From assembly GCA_964016885.1 (NCBI GenBank), contig OZ024759.1, forward strand, positions 23,622,001-23,686,000: DNA of 64,000 bases. Reading direction: 5' to 3'. Source of the DNA: Eledone cirrhosa (lineage: Eukaryota). The position numbers and the translations under genes are program-made. Of the stretch, positions 57,392 through 64,000 are shown piece after piece. The notes under the pieces were generated by a model. It made no database searches. It was not told where the DNA came from and saw only the letters and a list, made by a program, of their open reading frames with translations. Positions within the stretch are counted from its first letter, which is position 1. Every line of letters begins with the position of its first letter.

Positions 57392-57406
57392 TGGGTGTGT
57401 GTGTGT

Positions 57407-57494
<88 letters not shown>

Positions 57495-57705
57495 GCGCGT
57501 GTGTGTTTCTGTGTGTATGTATGTACATCACATACGAGTATGTCGTAGAAACATTTTAGTTATTTTGCTTCTGTTAGACGTACTTTAAAATAAGATGCCG
57601 TTTACAATTGTATTTGACTAAAAAAAACGTGCTATATCAAGCGTTAACCTAATATAATCCTTCCATATACTGTACCGACTGTGTTGTTATTTCTGTTTAC
57701 CTTTT

Positions 57706-57757
<52 letters not shown>

Positions 57758-58255
57758 CCACAATAAGATCCAATATAATATAATATTGTTCGTGATATAT
57801 TAAATAGATTTCCGAATTGACTATTCATGTGTTCTGGGACACGTTTGAATTTGTTTAACACTGTTTTCCTATCTAGCAACATAGAAGTTTCTTTTCTTTT
57901 ATCTTCTTACGCGTGGAAGGATTTATAGCTGACAGCGGTGGTGCGGGTTGCGGTGGTTATGGTCGGTGTGGTCTCTGCTGCTTGAAGTGGGCCGCTTATG
58001 GTTTTTCTGTTTATCTTCTTTTTTTTCTTTTAAATTCTGTAAACACGTGTAGGTGTCAACGAGCCAACCACTTAGATAAGTCGTTTGAGGCCTAGGATAG
58101 GTTTCTTTGTGGTATACATTTTGCGGGGTTTCTGCGCTCCGGGTCCATATCCAACTGGTGAAAGATCAACGTTCCCTAAAGTACCTGTCCAGTATTAGGT
58201 TCTAAATCTTATTTTCATTTTCCCTATCTCGCTCTCATACAAACTCCTTTTTGCT

Positions 58256-58336
<81 letters not shown>

Positions 58337-58435
58337 GTCAATACTCATCTTTTTCCATTTATCTGAGGGTTCTAAACCCCATCATCAGGCTAAAATTCCT
58401 TTAGTCAAAAATACGGTGAAAGCTATTCTATTTTC

Positions 58436-58504
<69 letters not shown>

Positions 58505-58696
58505 CTTTACGTTTGTTGGTTCACCACTGGATAGAATTGGTCATCGTATGGTCAATCTTGGTGTAATATTGTGGAGAGTACTCAACGTAGTGCAGTTCAC
58601 CCGTCTTCGTTTGTGTAGTTGGTGGTGCGAATACGGAGTTAATTATAAATAAAATAACAGAAAGTTGGACTGGTGTAAATCCTTGAAAAGTTTATT

Positions 58697-58754
58697 ATAC
58701 TATGATCATTTCAATGACCGGGTTCCATATGAATCCGGTGATATCATCAGGTAT
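58697..58754 (-). ncRNA. Type I hammerhead ribozyme
   Basis: atac-CTGATGA-tatcaccggattc..gaacccggtcatt-GAAA-tgatca-TA-gtat. Confidence 0.7.
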
Positions 58755-59142
58755 TCGAAATATAACAAAGGAATATGTAAAAAAAACCATGGGTCCGAAA
58801 AGTCAGAGACAGAGTGGACCAACTAGCTGTTTTCACCTCGGCCAGTCGCCCTCAAACTGATGGCAACTCAGTCTACTAATGACCATCTGGTGAGGGGGCG
58901 AAGGCTTATAATGCACTACCACCTTTCCGTCAAAGAATAAAAAAGGGGAAGAAAGAAAGGAAGAAAGAAGAAAAAAAAAGAAGTCAGTGTAAGGGTCACA
59001 CTACAGTCATGCTAGAAAACGCCGCGAAAAATGTTATTCCAAAGAATCTATATTTTAACAAAGGCATATATAAAGGGTGTCTGTATGGTCTAATGTGTGA
59101 ACAGAAAATTGGAACGTTAAACTTATGTTACGAGTTATAGGA

Positions 59143-59345
59143 TGAAATTGAAAAATAATAAATTGAAAAATGATAAATTAAAAAATAATAAATTGAAAAA
59201 TGATAAATTGAAAAATGATAAATTGAAAAATGATAAATTGAAAAATGATAAATTAAAAAATTATAAATTGAAAAATGATAAATTAAAAAATAATAAATTG
59301 AAAAATGATAAATTGAAAAATAAATTAAAAAAATTAAAAAATTAT
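59143..59345. repeat. 15-bp minisatellite
   Basis: Unit AAATTGAAAAATGAT. Confidence 0.95.
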
Positions 59346-59727
59346 TAGAAATTAAAGGTTAAGGTAGCGAGATTTATTTAATGCATTTCTGTCAAATCTA
59401 TCAAGCAGTTGCCTCTCCAAACAGACCAATAATAATAATAATAATGCTTTCTTTATTAACCACAAGGGTTGACACAAAGTATTAATAATAACTGTTTCTA
59501 CTTTTGGCACAAGGCCAGCAAATTTTCCCAGTTACACACACACAAGCACACAAATAAACATACATATCTCTACTTTCTTTATTTCAAAAGAAAATCTGAA
59601 TTCTGACACCCCAGCAAACCAGCCATATTCATTGAATCATAACAATTCTCCCATCCCATTTCTCTTGACCATTATCTTTTGCTTGTCATAAAATTCTCTA
59701 AAAGGCTACAAAATAAATTCCCAAATA

Positions 59728-59790
59728 CGGGCGCGAAATTTAATGAACTTGTTCACGTGACAGTCATAATTTCATTTATAACCAATCAAA
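59728..59790. promoter_or_regulatory. Promoter-like motif cluster
   Basis: GGCGCGAAA (E2F-type), TCACGTGA (E-box) and AACCAATCA (CCAAT/NF-Y) within ~60 nt. Confidence 0.35.
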
Positions 59791-60115
59791 TTAGATTTAT
59801 TTAAAAAAAGCCTTCGTGAGCCACTTTTTTTAAAGTAAAAAGAAATTCAAACAAATTTATTATACTTATTGACCAACCAATCAAATTACTTCTCTAAAAA
59901 CCTGGCGTTTCGTGCCACTTTTTTCCATATAAAACAAGTAACATTCAAAGACCAACCAAATGTGAGAAAAACCACAGACCCTCCATCTCAACTCTACTTT
60001 TGAAAAGCAGAATAACTGCGAAACCGGTAAAGGAACCAAATAAATATATATATATTTTAAAAAATAAGACTCCAGCTGCATTTTCGATTTCAACTTATTT
60101 TCTATATATATATAT

Positions 60116-61197
60116 ATATGAATAAAGTTAGTCCTTCATCAGTGATCTTCCAACCATCATTGGTATTTCATCGCTTTAAAGACCATATACCTCCGGTTGG
60201 TGCGAGCAACGGCTAAAAAATGTCGTTGGGACACGTAAATAAAGGGGACACGAGAGTGTAAACAAACAAAGATGGTGAAGCAACGAAAAGTGAGGAAGAA
60301 GGAGTCAAGTCCCAAATTTCCATGAATATAAATTCGGTGAAATCGTGAACGAGAGAGAATAAAGACCATCAAACCTGGTTGGAATGTGAGCAAGGAAGGA
60401 ATTCCGTACAGGTCTAACGGGAGGAAGAAGGGATCTAGTCTGTGAATTCGGTGAACGTAAGTTCTGTGAAATCGTAGACGAGAGAGAGAAAAAAAGCGAC
60501 CTGCCTGACCAAGGGTGCGAAAGAAAATAATTACGCACAGGTCAAACGGGAAGAAGGAGGAGGAGGAAAGGTAGTAACAGAGAGTGAGTGAGTGAAGGGT
60601 GAGGAAGAGGCTAACAGAGAGAGTGACTGTTAGAGAGGGTAAAGATACAGAGAAAGAGGAAGCAGTAAGAACGAAATAGACGGGTCACAGCGGGGGAAAA
60701 AATATGTGTAAATATGAGAATAAACGTGCTGCGGGGTTGCTAATGGGTTACATATGAATAAAGTTAGTCGTTCATCAGTGATCTTCCAACCATCATTGGT
60801 ATTTCATCACTTTAAAGACCATATACCTCCGGTTGGTGCGAGCAACGGCTAAAAAAAAGTCGTTGGGACACGATAGTGTAAACAAACAAAGATGGTGAAG
60901 CAACGAAAAGTGAGGAAGAAGGAGTCAAGTCCCAAATTTCCATGAATATAAATTCGGTGAAATTGTGAACGAGAGAGAATAAAGACCATCAAACCTGGTT
61001 GGAATGTGAGCAAGGAAGGAATTCCGTACAGGTCTAACGGGAGGAAGAAGGTATCTAGTCTGTGAATTCGGTGAGAAAGAGGAAGCAGGAAGAACGAAAT
61101 AGACGGGTCACAGCGGGGGAAAAATATGTGTAAATATGAGAATAAACGTGCTGCGTGGTTGCTAATGGGTTACATATGAATAAAGTTAGTCCTTCAT
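60116..61197. repeat. Tandem duplication of a ~636-bp unit (second copy internally deleted, third partial)
   Basis: ATATGAATAAAGTTAGTC recurs at 60116, 60752 and 61174 with colinear sequence. Confidence 0.9.
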
Positions 61198-61699
61198 ACA
61201 GACAACCTCCCTCACACATCTACATATCCCAATACATACACATACATTCATATATACTTACATACACATATACCTACATATATACATACACACACATATA
61301 TACATACATACATTCATACACACGCACATACACACACATATTTACACACATACATATATACATACATAAACATATACCTACACATACATACATACATTCA
61401 CACACCTGCACATACATATTTACATACCTTCTAAATAGGACAGTTTAACATGTCTCCAAAGCAGTCACGTTTTGCTCACAATTAAACAATCATTTTGAAA
61501 TATAAAACCAGGCTCAAATAACGATCACTTACATTAACCATCATCCTCATCATCGATTAACGTCCATCTTTCACGCTAGAATGGGTTAGACGAGTACCAT
61601 TTAGAAGCAAGTTAGTTCAGGTGACCGTGACAGCTCATATAGGGGTGTTTCTGGCTGGTTTTCTACGGCTGGATGCCCTTCCTAACGGCAACCACATTG

Positions 61700-62390
61700 A
61701 CAGTGTATGCTGGGTGCTTTTTGTCATGATTGCTACATGACCACTTTACAGTGTGTGCTTGGTGGTGTTTGTCCTGACTGCTACATGACCACTTTACAGT
61801 GTGTGCTTGGTGGTGTTTGTCCTGACTGCTACATGACCACTTTACAGTGTGTGCTTGGTGGTGTTTGTCCTGACTGCTACATGACCACTTTACAGTGTGT
61901 ACTTGGTGGTGTTTGTCCTGACTGCTACATGACCACTTTACAGTGTGTGCTTGGTGGTGTTTGTCCTGACTGCTACATGACCACTTTACAGTGTGTGCTT
62001 GGTGGTGTTTGTCCTGACTGCTACATGACCACTTTACAGTGTGTGCTTGGTGGTGTTTGTCCTGACTGCTACATGACCACTTTACAGTGTGTGCTTGGTG
62101 GTGTTTGTCCTGACTGCTACATGACCACTTTACAGTGTGTGCTTGGTGGTGTTTGTCCTGACTGCTACATGACCACTTTAAAGTGTGTGCTGGGTGCTTT
62201 TTGTCATGACTCCTACATGACCACTTTACAGAGTGTGCTGGGTGCTTTTTGTCATGACTGCTACACGACCACTTTACAGTGTGCTGGGTACTTTTTGTCA
62301 TGACTGCTACATGACCACTTTACAGTGTGTGCTGGGTGCTTTTTGCCGTGTCTTTTACACGTCCACTTTACAGTGTAGGCTGGGTGCTTA
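61700..62390. repeat. 48-bp minisatellite, about 14 copies
   Basis: Unit CTGCTACATGACCACTTTACAGTGTGTGCTTGGTGGTGTTTGTCCTGA. Confidence 0.97.
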
Positions 62391-62417
62391 ATGAAAAAAT
62401 GACATTATCAATATTCT

Positions 62418-62602
62418 TGGATTGGCAGTATTAGTAGAGGGTCGGACGCCATGATTTGCAGCATAGAGTTACGGCCCTTTGCGTTCTAAGTTCAAATCCT
62501 GCCGAGGTTAGCTTTGCCTTTCATCCCTACGCGGTCGATAAAATAAAGCACCAGTAATGCACTGGGGTAATTGCTGGCCTTGTGCCAAAAGTAGAAATAA
62601 TT
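62418..62602 (+). mobile_element. SINE family 1
   Basis: A/B boxes, core and tail. Confidence 0.85.
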
Positions 62603-62961
62603 ATCAATATAAAGACTATGTATAGCATTGATATGGTCCCGTAACTCCCGAGGAAGTCGTAACGGCGCGTTTCTAGAGCATGTATTATTTAAACCTGGTG
62701 GAGCCCCTCTCCTCTCCATGTCTGAATACAACAGATTTCTTCCAGAGAAGAATAGAGAGAGAGTGAGAGAATGGAAATGTGAAAATAGATATGGTATGGT
62801 ATGATATGGTCCTGTAACGCCTGCGGAAGTCGTAGGGGCATCGTATTGACATGCGGCGTTTCTAGGGCATTTGTTTTTAAATCTGGCAGAGCCCATCTCC
62901 TTTTCATGAGACATATACCAGACACCTTCCAGAGAAGGAATATCCTCTTCATGAGTATAGC

Positions 62962-63001
<40 letters not shown>

Positions 63002-63213
63002 ATAAATTATCGAGATTCGCATTTCGGCCCACGAAATAACGAAAAACAACCTCCGAGATGTGCGGCAAGTGCTCAATGATTCAGATGAACCAGAGCTATA
63101 ACAAACGGTAAAGGCCAAACACACTGAGACGATGGTTAAACAATCATTCGCATAGCCCCCCCCCGCCCCCCCCCCCCCCCAAAAAAAACGATCAAGTAAT
63201 TCGGGTATATACA

Positions 63214-63306
<93 letters not shown>

Positions 63307-63504
63307 GAAAAAAATGAAACGAAATTTCATTTCTCACTCTTAGTACGGCTGTTACTTAAATATAAGTATGTATACGTACATACATATATGTATACAGACG
63401 TACAGTAGTATGTATATATATACATACATACACACATATATATATATGTACCTATGGATTCACCGAACATTTATTATAATGCTCGGTGTGTTTGTAAATT
63501 CATT

Positions 63505-63578
63505 TCACCTGATGAGATCAGTGATAATTGATCATGGCTTTACGATCGATCTATCTCTTATTGAAACATGTGTCGTGA
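63505..63578 (+). ncRNA. Type I hammerhead ribozyme, degenerate stem II
   Basis: tcac-CTGATGA-..-GAAA-catgtg-TC-gtga (GUC triplet). Confidence 0.55.
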
Positions 63579-64000
63579 TTAAAATAATTGGAATTTTACC
63601 TTGCCTTCAGATTTTCATTTTGATACTTATACTCCGTTTTACATCATTTAGCTGTTCCCTTGAATGGAATTGGAGATATACAAAAGCGTGGAGAACTTAA
63701 TATTGGTAACATAAATTTATTGGACCGTTTTACACAACCAATAATACACCTTACTATATAACAACTATATATATATATATAATTATATATTCGTGTACAG
63801 ATATTTTTTCATACACAATAACAAAATATAAACAAACGTATTTATTTCACGAGGCTCGATAAGGATAAATATATATAATTTTTGCATATATATGTTGTAA
63901 GCACTTATATTCTGTTGTATATTCTTGGTAGTGGAGTAGGAAAATTAGACAGTAGATCTATTTAAAAGTTGATGGTATTTATGGTTTGGTGGGAAGTTTT

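Noticed and set aside
59142-59348. (KLKND)n ORF
   Set aside because: 15-bp AT-rich minisatellite
60125-60175. Hammerhead on the minus strand (GAAA...CTGATGA)
   Set aside because: No convincing stem I or UH site in either topology
61663-62303. Cys-rich repeat ORF (MTTLQCVLGGVCPDCY)n resembling a metal-binding protein
   Set aside because: 48-bp satellite derived from an interspersed repeat; open on both strands because the unit is a multiple of 3

Overview
AT-rich animal genomic DNA, most likely an octopus/cephalopod (inferred from the SINE families and extreme (TA)n/(CA)n load). One convincing long ORF: an intronless 1051-aa SKICH + coiled-coil protein (11953-15108, +). Short splice-bounded exons on the minus strand (37656-37746, 24266-24358, perhaps 4583-4771) suggest a large host gene for a signal-peptide protein. 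The rest is ~30 tRNA-derived SINE copies, LINE fragments (CR1/L2-like, RTE, L1/Tx1, CRE-like), piggyBac- and mariner-type MITEs and minisatellites. The main unannotated signal is about a dozen type I hammerhead ribozyme motifs from several unrelated families, showing compensatory stem changes. Most lie in short fold-back (inverted-repeat) elements inserted in (TA)n tracts, consistent with truncated or non-autonomous Penelope-like/retrozyme-like retroelements. All calls are from manual reading; no searches were run and coordinates of repeats are approximate.
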